Shown: one piece after another, positions 31,538 to 44,375 of the stretch
Numbering within the stretch: position 1 is the stretch's first letter
Layout of the letters: every line of letters starts with the position of its first letter
NCBI GenBank assembly: GCA_963818245.1
Contig: CAWFSD010000001.1
Coordinates: forward strand, 2,749 to 66,748
From: an uncultured Planctomycetota bacterium
GTDB lineage: Bacteria > Planctomycetota > UBA11346
Direction: 5' to 3'
DNA length: 64,000 nt
The notes under the pieces: generated by a model
The model's input: the letters and a program-made list of their open reading frames with translations, nothing else
Told to the model about the DNA's origin: nothing
Databases searched by the model: none
Translations under genes and position numbers: made by a program

Positions 31538-32125
31538 ATGCCCCTCCAATGCTGCCACCCCATCGCCTCGCACCACAAGCTGGGGGTGCCGGACTGGTAC
31601 GTCTCCGGCCTGATGCTCGACCGCGCGCTCGACGCGATCATCAAGCGCACGCGCATCGACCGCCGCCACGACATCCCCTACCTCGCCGGCTACAGCGAGG
31701 ACGGCAAGACCATCTACATCGACCGCCACGTGCCGCAGCTCATGCACGTCCGCAAGCGCCCGATCGCCGTCGACCGCTACCTGATCCTGCACGAGACCGT
31801 CGAGAAGACGCTGATCGACGCGCTCGGCCTGCACTACCAGCACGCGCACCAGATCGCGCTGCGCGCGGAGGAGGCCGCGGTGCTCGCCGACAAGGTGCCG
31901 TGGGACGCGTACGACAGGTTCATGCAGCGCTACATCAAGAACCTGGGCGATGAGCGGCTGACGAAGCTGCCGCCGGACCTCGACCTGAAGCCGTACCGCG
32001 ATGAGCACGACACCGACCTGCTCAAGCGCATGCGCAAGGCGATGGCGAAGGGGCACCTGCCGACCAGCAGGGTGGCCAAGAAGGGCACCACGCCCCCGGC
32101 GAAGCCGACCACGCGCGCGCGCTGA
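31538..32125 (+). CDS. Hypothetical protein (195 aa), Lys/Asp/His-rich, protein-like composition
   Basis: MPLQCCHPIASHHKLGVPDWYVSGLMLDRALDAIIKRTRIDRRHDIPYLAGYSEDGKTIYIDRH..YLILHETVEKTLIDALGLHYQHAHQIALRAEE... No family is recognised. A strong terminator follows. Confidence 0.55.
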   Translation: MPLQCCHPIASHHKLGVPDWYVSGLMLDRALDAIIKRTRIDRRHDIPYLAGYSEDGKTIYIDRHVPQLMHVRKRPIAVDRYLILHETVEKTLIDALGLHYQHAHQIALRAEEAAVLADKVPWDAYDRFMQRYIKNLGDERLTKLPPDLDLKPYRDEHDTDLLKRMRKAMAKGHLPTSRVAKKGTTPPAKPTTRAR

Positions 32126-32158
32126 AGCCACCGGGTCCATCGCGGCAGGGGCAGGAAC

Positions 32159-32192
32159 AAAAAGACCCGCTCCGGTTGGAGCGGGTCTTTTT
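32159..32192. terminator. Bidirectional rho-independent terminator
   Basis: aaaaagacccgctcc-ggtt-ggagcgggtcttttt has an 11-bp perfect stem flanked by an A-run and a T-run. It lies between convergent genes (the 31538-32125 ORF on plus and the sulfite reductase on minus). Confidence 0.8.
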
Positions 32193-32221
32193 CGTGGGCG
32201 CAGCCGCAGCCGCTGCTCACC

Positions 32222-33981
32222 TCACGACATGCACTCGCCCGCGCCCAGCTCGTCCAGGCTGAACAGCTTGTCCGTGCCCAGGTCGTGCAGGTCGGCCTCG
32301 GTCGCCTCGGTGATCGAGGTGATCGGGGTCAGGCGCTCCTTGAGCTTGGCCTTCGCGGCCTTGGCCCCCTCCTTGTCCTGGCCCTCGCCGACCAGGCGGC
32401 GCAGGTACTGGGCGAAGGTCTCGCTGCCGGTGCGCTCGGCCTGGTACCAGCCGGCCAGGGCGGCGACGGCGGGCACGGCCTTGCGCGCGGGGATGCGCGC
32501 GACCATGGTCGCGTGGAAGATCTTCGCGCCTTCGTCACCACCGCCGACGAACAGCACGTAGTGCGGGACCAGCTTGTCGCCGATCTTCGAGGCCGCGCCG
32601 TGCAGGCCGATGGTGCCGATGTGGTGCTGGCCGCAGCTGTTCGGGCAGCCGCTGATGTTGATGTGGCCGTTCAGGGTGCGGGCGTCGGCGCCGATCGCCT
32701 TCAGCGCGACCTCCAGCTCCTTGGCCAGGTTCTTCGACTGGGTGATGCCCAGCTGGCAGGTGCTGGCGCCCGGGCAGCTGACCACGTCGACCAGGCCGTG
32801 GGCCTGGCGGGTGTAGCCGAGCTTCTCGAGCTCCTTGTAGAGCTGCGGCAGGTGCTCGTGCTTCACGCGGCGGAACACGATGTTCTGGTCGTTGGTCGAA
32901 CGCGCGTCGCCGGCGCTGAACCACTCGCAGAGGTCGGCCAGCACGCGCATCTCGCGCGCCGGGACGTCGCCGCGCGGGACGCAGACGCTGACCACGGCGA
33001 GGCCCGCCTCGCGGTGCGGGCGGCAGTTGTCCGCGCGCCACTGGCCTTCCGCGCCGGTGGCGGCGGGGATCGGCGTCGGGTTGGCGGCGGGCAGGCGGTC
33101 CGGGAAGGCCTGGCCGCGTGACGCCGTCGGCCTTGGCGAGCGCGAGCTGCTCCTCGAAGAGCGCGCGGAAGCCGGCGTCGCCCTTGGCCTTGAGCACGAA
33201 CTTGAGGCGCGCCTTGGCGCGGTTGGTGCGGTCGCCGTGGACGTGGTGCACGCGCACCAGGGCGTCGCACACCGGGATGAGCTGGTCCTTGGGCAGGCAG
33301 TCGTAGAGCTTGATCGGCGCGACCGGGACGGCGCCCAGGCCGCCGGCGGCGACCACGCGGAAGCCCTCGACGCCGTCCACCTTCACCGCGGTGATGCCGA
33401 CGTCCTGGATGTTGACCTGCTGCAGCGGATCGCTGTCGGACGAGGACAGCGCGATCTTGAACTTGCGCGGCAGGCTCGCCGAGCGCGGCCCGCGCAGGAA
33501 GTGCTGGAACACCGCCTCGCTGTAGGCGTCGATGGCGAACGGCTCGTCGTGCAGGATGCCGGCGTTGGCGCTGCCGCACACCGCGCGCACCGCGTTGCCG
33601 CAGGCCTCGCGCGTGGTCAGGCCGGCCTCCTCCAGCTCGCGCAGCAGCTTGGGGGTGTTGTCGAGCTGGACGTAGTGGTACTGGATCGCCTGGCGGGTGG
33701 TGATGTGGCTGACGCCGTTGGCGTACTTCTCGGCGCAGGTCGGCCAGCGCGCGCATCTGGTCGGGGGTGACCACGCCGTACTTCAGCTTGATGCGCACCA
33801 TCTGGTTCTCGCCGGCCTGGCGCTGGCCGTAGACGCCGTGGACCAGGCGGAAGGGCTTGAACACCTTGTCGTTGTCGATCGCGCCGGCGTGCAGCGCGTC
33901 GAGGGTGCTCTGGTACTTGGCGAGCTCCTGCTCGACCGGGGTGGGCAGGGGCTTGATGGCGCTGGCGGTGGGAGGATTCAT
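32222..33981 (-). CDS. Assimilatory sulfite (or nitrite) reductase hemoprotein, ferredoxin-type NiR/SiR family (about three apparent frameshifts)
   Basis: N-terminal piece: MNPPTASAIK..FKPFRLVHGVYGQRQAGENQMVRIKLKYGVVTPDQMRALADL. Middle piece: ..LPRKFKIALSSS..VNIQDVGITAV... C-terminal piece has the siroheme/4Fe-4S Cys motifs: VVSCPGASTCQLGI...ISGCPNSCGQHHIGTIGLHG. Confidence 0.85.
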
Positions 33982-34274
33982 GGCTGCGGCTCCGCGGTCG
34001 GGACGTTGGCTGGAGGGCGCACCATAGGCCATGCCGCGGCGGGGCAACATACGGCCCTGCGGCAGCTGCTCATGCAGCAGGCGTATGGGGAGGGCCCCCG
34101 CAGATCCGAGGCGCGGGACGCGAGCGGCAGCCGACGGCCCTGTCCTCACCAGCGGATGCGGATCGAGGCCTCAACCATGGCTACCGGGCGCGGCGGTCAG
34201 GAGACCTCACGAAAGCGGTCGCAGGCGGCCTTTTCGCCGCCGGAGCCGACACCCGGGGATTCCGGCCGCGCGGG

Positions 34275-37200
34275 CTAGAGCAGGCGCCGCCGCCAGCCGA
34301 CCACCGCCAGCATGCAGGCCAGCACAGCGAAGCCGGCACCCCCACCGCACTTGTGGCCGCCATCGCCGCTCGCCGGCGGTGGGGTGGTGCCGGAGCCGCT
34401 CCCGGACCCGATCCACGCCGCGACCATGGTCGTACCTGCGGTGTCCACGGTGTGGCGGTTGACCGGCGCCTTGGGCATGCTGAAGGTCGGGTCGGTGGTG
34501 TTCATGCGCAGGTAGAGCATCGACAGTTCCGGGTGGCCCATGACCACGACCTTCGCCCCGACGATGCCGCGCGTGTCGTTGAGCGGACCGTCGACGATGC
34601 CCTGGCTGGGGAGCGGGGTCAGCAGGCGCGCATCGAAGTGCGCCGAAGTCACGCCGGGGCGATGGCAGTAGGCGCAGTTCACATCGATGTACGAGCGCGC
34701 CCGGGTCTCGAGCGCGACACTGGTGTCGGTGGGCACGGCGATCTTCTGCAGCGTCGGGATGGCCGGCTCCGACGGCGGATTGGAGAACATCCCGAGGTGG
34801 CTCCAGGTGCGCAGCTGGTTGTCGGTGCGGCCGCTCGCCGCGTACGTGTAATCGCCGTTGAGCTGCCGCGTGGTCACGCCCAGCACGCGGCCGGCGGCGG
34901 CGTTGTGGCAGATCAGGCAGTCGGACCGTGCCGGGTAGTACCAGCTCTGGGTGCGCGTGCTGCCGTCGCCGGCGGTGATGGTCAGGTCCTCGGTCGCGCC
35001 TGCGGGGGCCACCAGGGTCGCCTCGGTTCCGGCGCTGTTCCACTTGTAGGTCACGCCGTAGACGTCCCCATCGGCCTGCACCACGATCAGGCGCGTCTCC
35101 AGGCGGCGGCGCTGGCTGCTGTCGCGCTGGTCGGTGTTGAACTCGAAGTGCTTCACGAACACCGTGCCGGCCGGGAAAGTCCAGAAGTCGGTTGCCGCGA
35201 AGCCCACCGCGGGGTCGTTGGCCCCTGCCGCGTGCGGCACCGCCACGAACCGCGTCTTGATCGCACCGTCGGAGAAGAAGGCGAGGTTGACGGTGTACGG
35301 CAACAGCGCCGCGCTGGGCGTGAGCGCACCCACGTCACTGAAGGCGCCCGTCGCGCTCAGGGTCCCGGGAAGGCTCCCGGAGGCCGTGGTCGGCATCGCG
35401 CCACCGAGGAAGGGTCCACCGACCGGCCGGGTCGCCAAGCCATAGTCGCCGACCGTGATGGTGAACGACTGGGTGGCATCGGGAGCGGTCCCGTTGGCGG
35501 CCTTGACCGTGACGGCGGCGCTGGTTCCAGCTGGCGATGGCCAGGTGATCACGCCGCTCGCAGCGTCGATGGTCATGCCGCTCGGCTTGGTGGTGAGCGT
35601 GAAGGTCGGCGCCGGCGAACCGGTCGCCTGCACGTCGTAGGTGTAGGCGATCCCCAGATTGGCGGTGGTGACCGCGGTCGAGGTGATGGTCGGCGCGGTC
35701 GTGCCACCGGCATCCAGCACGTGGACGGTCAGGCTCTTCGTCCCGTGCGCGCCCACGCTGTCGGTGACCGTGGCGGTGAACGTGACCGTCGCCGCCGCCG
35801 TCGGGGTGCCGCTCAGCACGCCGGCACTCGAGAGGGCGAGCCCATCCGACAACCCGCTCGCGCTCCAGGTCAGCGCGCCGGTGCCGCCACTGGCCGCCAA
35901 GGTGCGGTTGTAGCCCGCGTTGACCGTGGCGTCAGGCAAGGCCGACGCCGAGGTGACCGTCGGCGCCGGGTTGACGGTGAGCGTGAAGGTCTTGAAGCCG
36001 GTGGCCGACCCATTGGTCACCTGCGCGGTGAAGCTGATGGTGCCGGCGGCGCCGGCCGTGCCGCTCAGCACGCCCGCCGCGGACAGCGTCAGCGGCGCGG
36101 TGCTGCCACCGCTCACGCTCCACGTCTTCGTGCCGCTGCCGGTCACGGCCAGGGTCTGGCTGTAGGCGGCCCCGGTGCTGGTCGCCGGCAGGGGCGAAGC
36201 GCTGGTGATGACCAGGTTGGGCACGATCTTGAACAGCTCGCCGTTGCCGTAGGAGCAGATGTAGAGCTCGCCCGCGTCGTCTTCGGCGAACGCGCTCGGG
36301 CCCGAGGGGTGATCGGCCCCGGCCACCAGCGGCGCAGTGACGTCGGTGATGGCGACGGGGCCTGTGGGGTTCGCGACGGTCCAGAAGTGTGTTCCACCAT
36401 TGTCGCCATAGAGGTATTGCCCCTGCAGGTCCGGAATGGCGCTGCCGCGGTACACGTATCCGCCAATGATGCAGTTGTTGCCACCGCTGTGCGGGTAGTC
36501 GAGGATGGGGTCGGTGGTGCCGGTCGGGTGCTCGTCCGGGTACGAGGTGTTCTGGCTCATGCCCTCGCGGGCGCGCCAGCCATAGTTCTTGCCCGGTACC
36601 GCTCCAGCGTTGAAGTCGACCTCTTCGTGCTGGTTCTGTCCGACGTCGCCGATCCAGAAATCGCCGGTCTGGCGGTCGAAGCTGCAGCGCCACGGATTGC
36701 GCACGCCGATGGCGAAGATCTCGTGCTTGCGCGCGCCGTCGCTGGCGAACGGGTTGTCGGACGGGGATGGTGTAGGAGCTGCCGGCGCTCACGTCGATGC
36801 GCAGGATCTTGCCGAGGAACACCGTGGCGTCCTGGGCGTTGCCACCCGGCTCGGTGTGGCCACTGCCGGTGTCGTCGCCATTGCCGCCATCGCCGACCGA
36901 GATGAACAAGCGATGGTCGTTGGCGTGGCGGCTGAAGCCGATCCAGCCGCCGTTGTGGTTGGTCTGCGGCTTGTCCCACTGCTGCAGGACGGCCTTGCTG
37001 CCGGCATTGCCGGTGCTGGCCGCGGTGAACGGCGCTGAGCCGTTGGCGGTGTAGGTCTGCACCTCGGAGTGGCCGCTGCCGAAGCTGCCGCCGGTGATGC
37101 TGGCGAAGACGTAGAAGCGGCCGTTGGTCGCGTACCCCGGATCGAAGGCAAGTCCGAGCAGTCCCTCCTCACCCGTCGCATTGATGTTGGCGACGGTCAT

Positions 37201-37494
37201 GAACGTGCCGGTGATGGTCTTGCTGTCGAGGTCGACGACCTGGATCTTGCCGGAGTATTGCTCGAGCACGAACAGGTGGTGCGGATCCCCTGGGATGGCG
37301 GTGGCGAACGTCGGGTTGCTCAGTCCGCCTACGACCTTGACGGTGGTCATGTTGGGCACGGTCGCCGCCCAGGACTGCGCGATGCCGGCGATCAGCAGCG
37401 CTACGGTCGCGATGGCATTCGACCAGCGCCGCCGCCGCGTCCTGCGTGCAGTGATTTCCGAGCCGGAGTGGCGAATCCCGGTGAGGTCGAGCAT
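34275..37494 (-). CDS. Secreted multidomain protein: PQQ-dependent sugar dehydrogenase-like beta-propeller, Ig-like repeats, C-terminal domain with two CXXCH motifs, C-terminal Gly-rich/TM/Arg tail (one apparent frameshift near 36740)
   Basis: An N-terminal signal/anchor is followed by ..GLSNPTFA..LFVLEQYSGKIQVVD..EEGLLGLAFDPGY..NHNGGWIGF..GKILRID.. and, after the shift, ..GVRNPWRCSFDRQTGDFWIGDVGQNQHEEVD..GKNYGWRAREG..GGYVYRG (sorbosone/glucose dehydrogenase family). Repeated blocks of ~90 aa (..TSASPLPATSTGAAYSQTLAVTG..) follow. The heme motifs are CLICH and CAYCH. The tail reads ..GGHKCGGGAGFAVLACMLAVVGWRRRLL. Confidence 0.75.
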
Positions 37495-37816
37495 GGTGTT
37501 GCCTTGGATCCGGAGGACGGTGGCGCTCGCACCACTGGCGGTGCATCGAGCGCTAATGGCGCCGTGCATGCCATCCTGTCGCGGCTTCTGGCTGCACTCT
37601 CCAATGCCAGTCTGCTCAACCCGTTGCGTGGATCATCCGAGAGCGCCCCATTCCGGAATCCACTGCATTCTGCACAGCTTGCGCTCCAGCGCCCGCTCTT
37701 CGGCAATTCCGCAGGTGGACGCAAGCGCCACGATGAACGGTGAAACGGAGCGGCCCAGGGCGTACACCCTGGGCCATCTCATCAGGCCGGCCTCGCCGTC
37801 CCGCTCGCTCCCACCG

Positions 37817-39542
<1,726 letters not shown>

Positions 39543-39609
39543 GATGTTGGCCGCGCTCCGGCGGCAAGGCCCCGGTGTCCGTCCTGCGCAAATGGGCTAC
39601 AATTCGGAT

Positions 39610-39743
39610 AAAACGGGAGGGCGCAGAGGCGCAGACGGAATCGAGGACGGGTTTGCTGCGAACCGCTCGACTGGCACCGCACTCGATCGGCCCTCAACTC
39701 CCCAAGCCCCCGAGCCCTCCGCCCCTCGCGCCCTCCGGTTTTG
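39610..39743. repeat. Intergenic palindrome with GCGCAGAGG-type arms
   Basis: aaaacgggagggcgcagaggcgcagacgg faces cgagccctccgcccctcgcgccctccggtttt across a ~70-nt loop. It lies between the LacI-family gene stop and the ilvD start. Confidence 0.6.
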
Positions 39744-39759
39744 TCGTCCAGTCTGCCGA

Positions 39760-40831
39760 TCAGGCCGGCGCCGACGCCGTCGACTGACGGACGACCAGCT
39801 CCGGCATGAGGCGCTCGACGATCGGCTGGTCCTTCGCCAGGCGGCCGGCGCAGCGGTCCAGGACGATGCGCGCGGCGCGCAGGCCGATGTCGTAGGGGTG
39901 CTGGCGGACCGTGGTCAGGCCGAGGTGCACCGAGAAGTCGAGGTCGGCGAAGCCGATCACCGACAGGTCGCGCGGGACGCTCAGGCCGACGCGGCGGGCT
40001 TCGGTGTAGAACGGCGGGGCGAAGTGGTCGGCGCCCAGGAACACCGCGGTCGGCTTGAACGGGTCGGCGAGCAGCGCCTGCGAGCGCGGCGTGATGGTGG
40101 TCAGGTCGCTGAGGTCGACCTCGTGGGTCCGGCACTCCGCGCCCGCGGCGCGCACCGTCGCCTCGAACACCTGGCGGCGGTCGGCGAACGGCCCGACGCG
40201 CAAGCGCGCCGGCGAGCTGGGCGAAGCGCTTGTGGCCGAGCGCGAGCAGGTGCTCGGCGGCCAGGCGCCCGCCCGCGGCGTCGTCGGTGCCGACGAAGTC
40301 GGCCGAGCTGCGCTTCAGGAAGCGGTCGACCGCGACCAGCGGGATGTCGCGCTTCCACACCTCCTGGAAGTGCAGGTCGAAGACCTGGTCGTCGCTGGGC
40401 AGGAAGATCACGCCATCGACGCGCCGGTCGAGCAGGCGGTGGATGACCTCCAGCTCGGCGGCGTGCATGCGCTCCGGGGTGGCGCCGCCGGGCACCGGGT
40501 TCTGCCAGTGCACCAGGGGCAGGCTGCCGTCCTTGACCAGCTCGTCGTGGACGCCGCGGATCAGGTCGTAGGCGAAGCTGCTGATCGGCGGCACCACCAC
40601 GCCGATGTTCTGCGAGTGCCCCGTCTGCAGCGCCTTGACCAGCAGGTTGGGCCGGTACCCGAGGCGGTTGGCGACTTCGAGCGCGCGCTGCAGGCTGGCT
40701 TCGGAGACCTCGCCGCGCAGGCCGCGCAGGGCCCGGGACACGGTCATGATGGGCAGGCCCGACTCCTCGGCGATCTGCTTGAGCGTCACCCGCCCGCCAC
40801 CCTGATCCCCGCGCCGTCGTCTGCCCGTCAT
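39760..40831 (-). CDS. LacI/GalR-family transcriptional regulator (one apparent frameshift near 40200)
   Basis: The N-terminal HTH is VTLKQIAEESGLPIMTVSRALRG..ANRLGYRPN. The periplasmic-binding-protein-like core is ..IGVVVPPISS..DGVIFLPS..PLVAVDR.. and, after the shift, ..PTAVFLGADHFA..GLSVPRDLSVIGFAD..LTTVRQ. Confidence 0.8.
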
Positions 40832-40888
40832 GGTCCCATCCTCAGGCCAGGGAGGGGTCTGTGTCAATGTGAAAGACGTCAGGGAGGC

Positions 40889-41012
40889 AGGAGGTCCGGG
40901 AGTCCGGAAGTCTCGTCGGACCCGATCGTTCGGCCTTCCAAGCCGTAGGGACGGCGGCAGCGACCCGCTCTCCCTGGACTTCCGGACTTCCGGACTTCCG
41001 GACTCCCGGACC
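40889..41012. repeat. Intergenic palindrome with GGACTTCC-type octamer arms
   Basis: ggaggtccgggagtccggaagtc faces ggacttccggacttccggacttccggactcccggaccc. It lies in the divergent region between the LacI-family gene and lepA. Confidence 0.7.
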
Positions 41013-41021
41013 CGAGCTAGC

Positions 41022-42923
41022 ATGCCGCGCCTTCCGATCGCTCCGCCCCCGGTACAGCCAGCGCCAATGCCCCATCCCCAGCACCTGATCCGCAATTTCT
41101 GCATCATCGCCCACATCGACCACGGCAAGAGCACCCTGGCCGAGCGCCTGCTGCAGGCCACCGGGGCGATGAAGGAGCGCGAGGACAAGGACCTGACCGT
41201 GCTCGACGGCATGGACCTCGAGCGCGAGCGCGGCATCACCATCAAGGCCAAGGCGGTGTGCCTGTGGCACACCCACAGCGACGGGCAGCTCTACCAGCTC
41301 AACCTCATCGACACCCCCGGGCACGTCGACTTCAGCTACGAGGTGACGCGCTCGTTGCAGGCCTGCGAGGGCTGCCTCCTGGTGGTCGACGCTTCGCAGG
41401 GCGTGCAGGCGCAGACCGTGGCCAACTACCTGCTGGCCACGGAGCAGAACCTGACCGTCATCCCGACCATCAACAAGATCGACCTGCCGAGCGCGCGCCC
41501 CGATGTGGTCTGCGAGGAGATCGAGGAGTCGCTGGCGCTCGACGCCAGCATGGCGATCCGCGCCAGCGCGAAGCAGGGCATCGGCATCGCCGAGATCCTC
41601 ACCGCCGTGGTCGAACGCATCCCGCCGCCGGTCGGCGACCGCGCCGCCGCCACCCAGGGCCTGATCTTCGACGCCATCTACGACGATTACCGCGGCATCA
41701 TCCTGTACGTGCGCCTGGTCAACGGCGCGCTCGCCAAGGGCGACAGGATCCGCCTGATCCGCTCGGCCAAGACCTACGAGATCAGCGACATCGGCCGCCT
41801 GCGCCCGAAGATGGTGCCCTCGCCCGACGGCCTGGTCGCGGGCGAGGTCGGCTACATCTGCGCGGCGATCAAGGCGCTCACCGACGTGAAGGTCGGCGAC
41901 ACCATCACCCTGGAGAGCGACCAGGCCCAACCGCTGGCCGGCTTCCGCGAGATGAAGCCGATGGTCTACTGCGGTCTCTACCCCTCGGGCGAGACCACCT
42001 ACGACCAGCTGCGCGAGGCGGTCGAGAAGCTGTCGCTGAACGACGCCTCGTTCCGCTGGTCGCCGGAATCGGGCGGCGCGCTCGGCCACGGCTTCCGCTG
42101 CGGCTTCCTGGGCATGCTGCACATGGAGATCTGCCAGGAGCGCCTCGAGCGCGAGCACGACCTCGACATGGTGCAGACCGCGCCGACCGTCACCTACGTC
42201 GTCAACCTGCGCCACGCGAACGCGCCGCTCGAGTTCGAGAAGGACGGCACCCCCAAGCCCACGCGCATCGAGATCACCACCCCCGGCGAGCTGCCCCGCG
42301 ACGGCTACGAGTCGATCGAAGAGCCGCTGGTGCTGATCCACTTCATGCTGCCCGCCGAGAAGATCGGCCCGGTCATGCAGCTGGTCTCCGACCGCCGCGG
42401 CGAGTTCCAGAAGCAGGACTACCTGGGCATGCACCGCTGCGTGCTGACCTACAAGATGCCGCTCGCCGAGGTCATCTACGACCTCTTCGACAAGCTCAAG
42501 AGCGTCACCCAGGGCTACGGCACCATGGACTACGAGTTCTGCGGCTACCAGGTCGCCGACCTGGTGCGCGTCGACATCCTGGTGCACAACAACCCCTGCG
42601 ACGCGCTCGCCTTCATCTGCCACAAGACCCAGTCCGAGTACCGCGGCCGCGCCATCATCAAGTCGCTGAAGGAGGAGATCCCCAAGCACCTCTTCGAGGT
42701 CGCCCTGCAGGCCGCGATCGGCACGCGCGTGATCGCGCGCGAGACCATCAAGTCGATCGGCAAGAACGTCACCGCCAAGTGCTACGGCGGCGACGTGTCG
42801 AGAAAGCGCAAGCTCCTCGAGAAGCAGAAGGAGGGCAAGAAGCGCATGAAGATGGTCGGCAGCGTCGAGGTGCCGCAGGCCGCGTTCATGGCGGTGCTCA
42901 AGAGCCGCAGCGCGGATGAGTAG
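41022..42923 (+). CDS. lepA: Translation elongation factor 4 (LepA)
   Basis: IRNFCIIAHIDHGKSTLAERLL (G1)..DTPGHVDF..NKIDL.. and the LepA-specific C-terminus ..AKCYGGDVSRKRKLLEKQKEGKKRMK..G.VE.PQ.AF. Intact. ATG 41067 is an alternative start. Confidence 0.95.
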   Translation: MPRLPIAPPPVQPAPMPHPQHLIRNFCIIAHIDHGKSTLAERLLQATGAMKEREDKDLTVLDGMDLERERGITIKAKAVCLWHTHSDGQLYQLNLIDTPGHVDFSYEVTRSLQACEGCLLVVDASQGVQAQTVANYLLATEQNLTVIPTINKIDLPSARPDVVCEEIEESLALDASMAIRASAKQGIGIAEILTAVVERIPPPVGDRAAATQGLIFDAIYDDYRGIILYVRLVNGALAKGDRIRLIRSAKTYEISDIGRLRPKMVPSPDGLVAGEVGYICAAIKALTDVKVGDTITLESDQAQPLAGFREMKPMVYCGLYPSGETTYDQLREAVEKLSLNDASFRWSPESGGALGHGFRCGFLGMLHMEICQERLEREHDLDMVQTAPTVTYVVNLRHANAPLEFEKDGTPKPTRIEITTPGELPRDGYESIEEPLVLIHFMLPAEKIGPVMQLVSDRRGEFQKQDYLGMHRCVLTYKMPLAEVIYDLFDKLKSVTQGYGTMDYEFCGYQVADLVRVDILVHNNPCDALAFICHKTQSEYRGRAIIKSLKEEIPKHLFEVALQAAIGTRVIARETIKSIGKNVTAKCYGGDVSRKRKLLEKQKEGKKRMKMVGSVEVPQAAFMAVLKSRSADE

Positions 42924-42940
42924 CCGCGGCGGCCTGAGCC

Positions 42941-43550
42941 ATGCGCATCGCCCTGTTCGGCGGCTCCTTCGACCCCCCGCACCTCGGGCACGTGCTGGCG
43001 GCGACCTACGCGCGCGTCATGGGCGGCGTCGACGAGGTGTGGGTCGTGCCGGTGGCCCGCCACGCCTACGCCAAGCCGATCGCGCCGTGGGAACAGCGCT
43101 GGGCGTTGTGCCAGGCGGCCTTCGCGGGCCTGGGCTTCGTGCGGCTGCGCGATGATGAACTGCGCAACCCGCACGGCTACACCTTCGGCCTGCTCGCTGC
43201 GCTGCGCAGCGGCCACCCCGGCCACACCTGGTTCCTGGTCGGGGGCACGGACACGGCCGCCGACCTCGGCAACTGGCACCGCGGCGCCGAGCTGCGCCGG
43301 CATGGTCCAGGTCATCGCGGTGCCGCGGCGCGGCTATGACGAGGACGCGACCGCCCTGCCGGCGCTCTCGAGTTCGCTGGTGCGGTCGCGGCTGGCCGAA
43401 GGCGGGCCGGTGACGGGCATGGTTCCACCGGCGGTGGCCGCCCTCATCGCCGCGCACGGGTGGTACCGTGCGGTCGACGGAGGCGCGACGCCCCCCGGGC
43501 CGTTCGCGACGGCGAGCGACGGAACGGCGGGGTTGCCCTCCTCGTCGTGA
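42941..43550 (+). CDS. nadD: Nicotinate-nucleotide adenylyltransferase (one apparent frameshift near 43295)
   Basis: MRIALFGGSFDPPHLGHV ((H/T)xGH motif)..GYTFGLLAAL..WFLVGGTDTAADLGNWH. After the shift it reads ..VIAVPRRGY..LSSSLVRSRL (the SxxxxR motif region). Confidence 0.8.
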
Positions 43551-43588
43551 ATGGCCGGCGCGGGTGGTGAGTGGCGCGTGGTCGAGCA

Positions 43589-43671
43589 GGCGCTCGACCC
43601 TCCCGGGGGCTGGCGCCGGGGCACCACGCGCAGTGCAGGACTCGCGCGCCGTCGCTGGGGAGGGTCGAGCG
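43589..43671. repeat. Perfect 15-bp inverted repeat between convergent genes
   Basis: gcgctcgaccctccc (43589-43603) and gggagggtcgagcgc (43657-43671) are exact reverse complements. The loop is ~53 nt. Confidence 0.6.
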
Positions 43672-43715
43672 CCAGCTCGACCCTACGTCGAGCGGCCCGC
43701 CCGAAGCGCGCAGGT

Positions 43716-44063
43716 TCAGCAGTCCTGGATCCCGACCAGCTTGCCCCGCTGCACCACCACGCGCCGGCGCTGCACCGCGTCGGTGCCGGTGCGCAGCAGG
43801 GTGAAGTCGATGTCCATGCCATCCTCGTCCAACCGGGACTCGTCGGCGGCGATGACCTGCCACTGCTCGGGCTGCTCCCCGCGTTGGAAGAGGTCGCGCA
43901 TGAGGAAGTCGAAGTGCTTCGGATACTGCTCGCGCGGATGCACCGCGCGGCTGAGCGGATTGACGGCGTGTCCGGGCGGCGGCGTGGCCGGGCGCTCCGT
44001 CTGCGGTGGCGGCGCCTGCTGCGGAATGGGAGCGGACTTCACGCGGCGGGAGAACAACGGCAT
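43716..44063 (-). CDS. Hypothetical protein (~115 aa)
   Basis: MPLFSRRVKSAPIPQQAPPP..YPKHFDFLMRDLFQRGEQPEQWQVIAADESRLDEDGMDIDFTLLRTGTDAVQRRRVVVQRGKLVGIQDC. The C-terminal half has protein-like composition. No family is recognised. Confidence 0.4.
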   Translation of the reverse strand: MPLFSRRVKSAPIPQQAPPPQTERPATPPPGHAVNPLSRAVHPREQYPKHFDFLMRDLFQRGEQPEQWQVIAADESRLDEDGMDIDFTLLRTGTDAVQRRRVVVQRGKLVGIQDC

Positions 44064-44375
44064 GGGGGATCCTCTGCTGCAGCTCGCGAAAAGCCGGCCA
44101 CCGGTCATCATCGCAGCAGGGCGCGCAGGTCAATACGCCAAGCTCGGGATCCTGCACCGCGACGGTGAGACGCTGGGCGTCTTCAACGCGATGGTCCGTT
44201 CGCCGGGCGGAGACAGCTTGCCGATCGGTCCGCTGAACGCCTGGAGCAGCGTCTGGAGGACCCTGGAACGGCGCGCCGCTCGCGTCGTCCGCCGAGGGCA
44301 CCCGCGGCGCGCGGACACGGAACAGTCCCCCGCGTCGAGATCCCGGCCCGGAGACCGGGGACCAGGGACCGCCCG

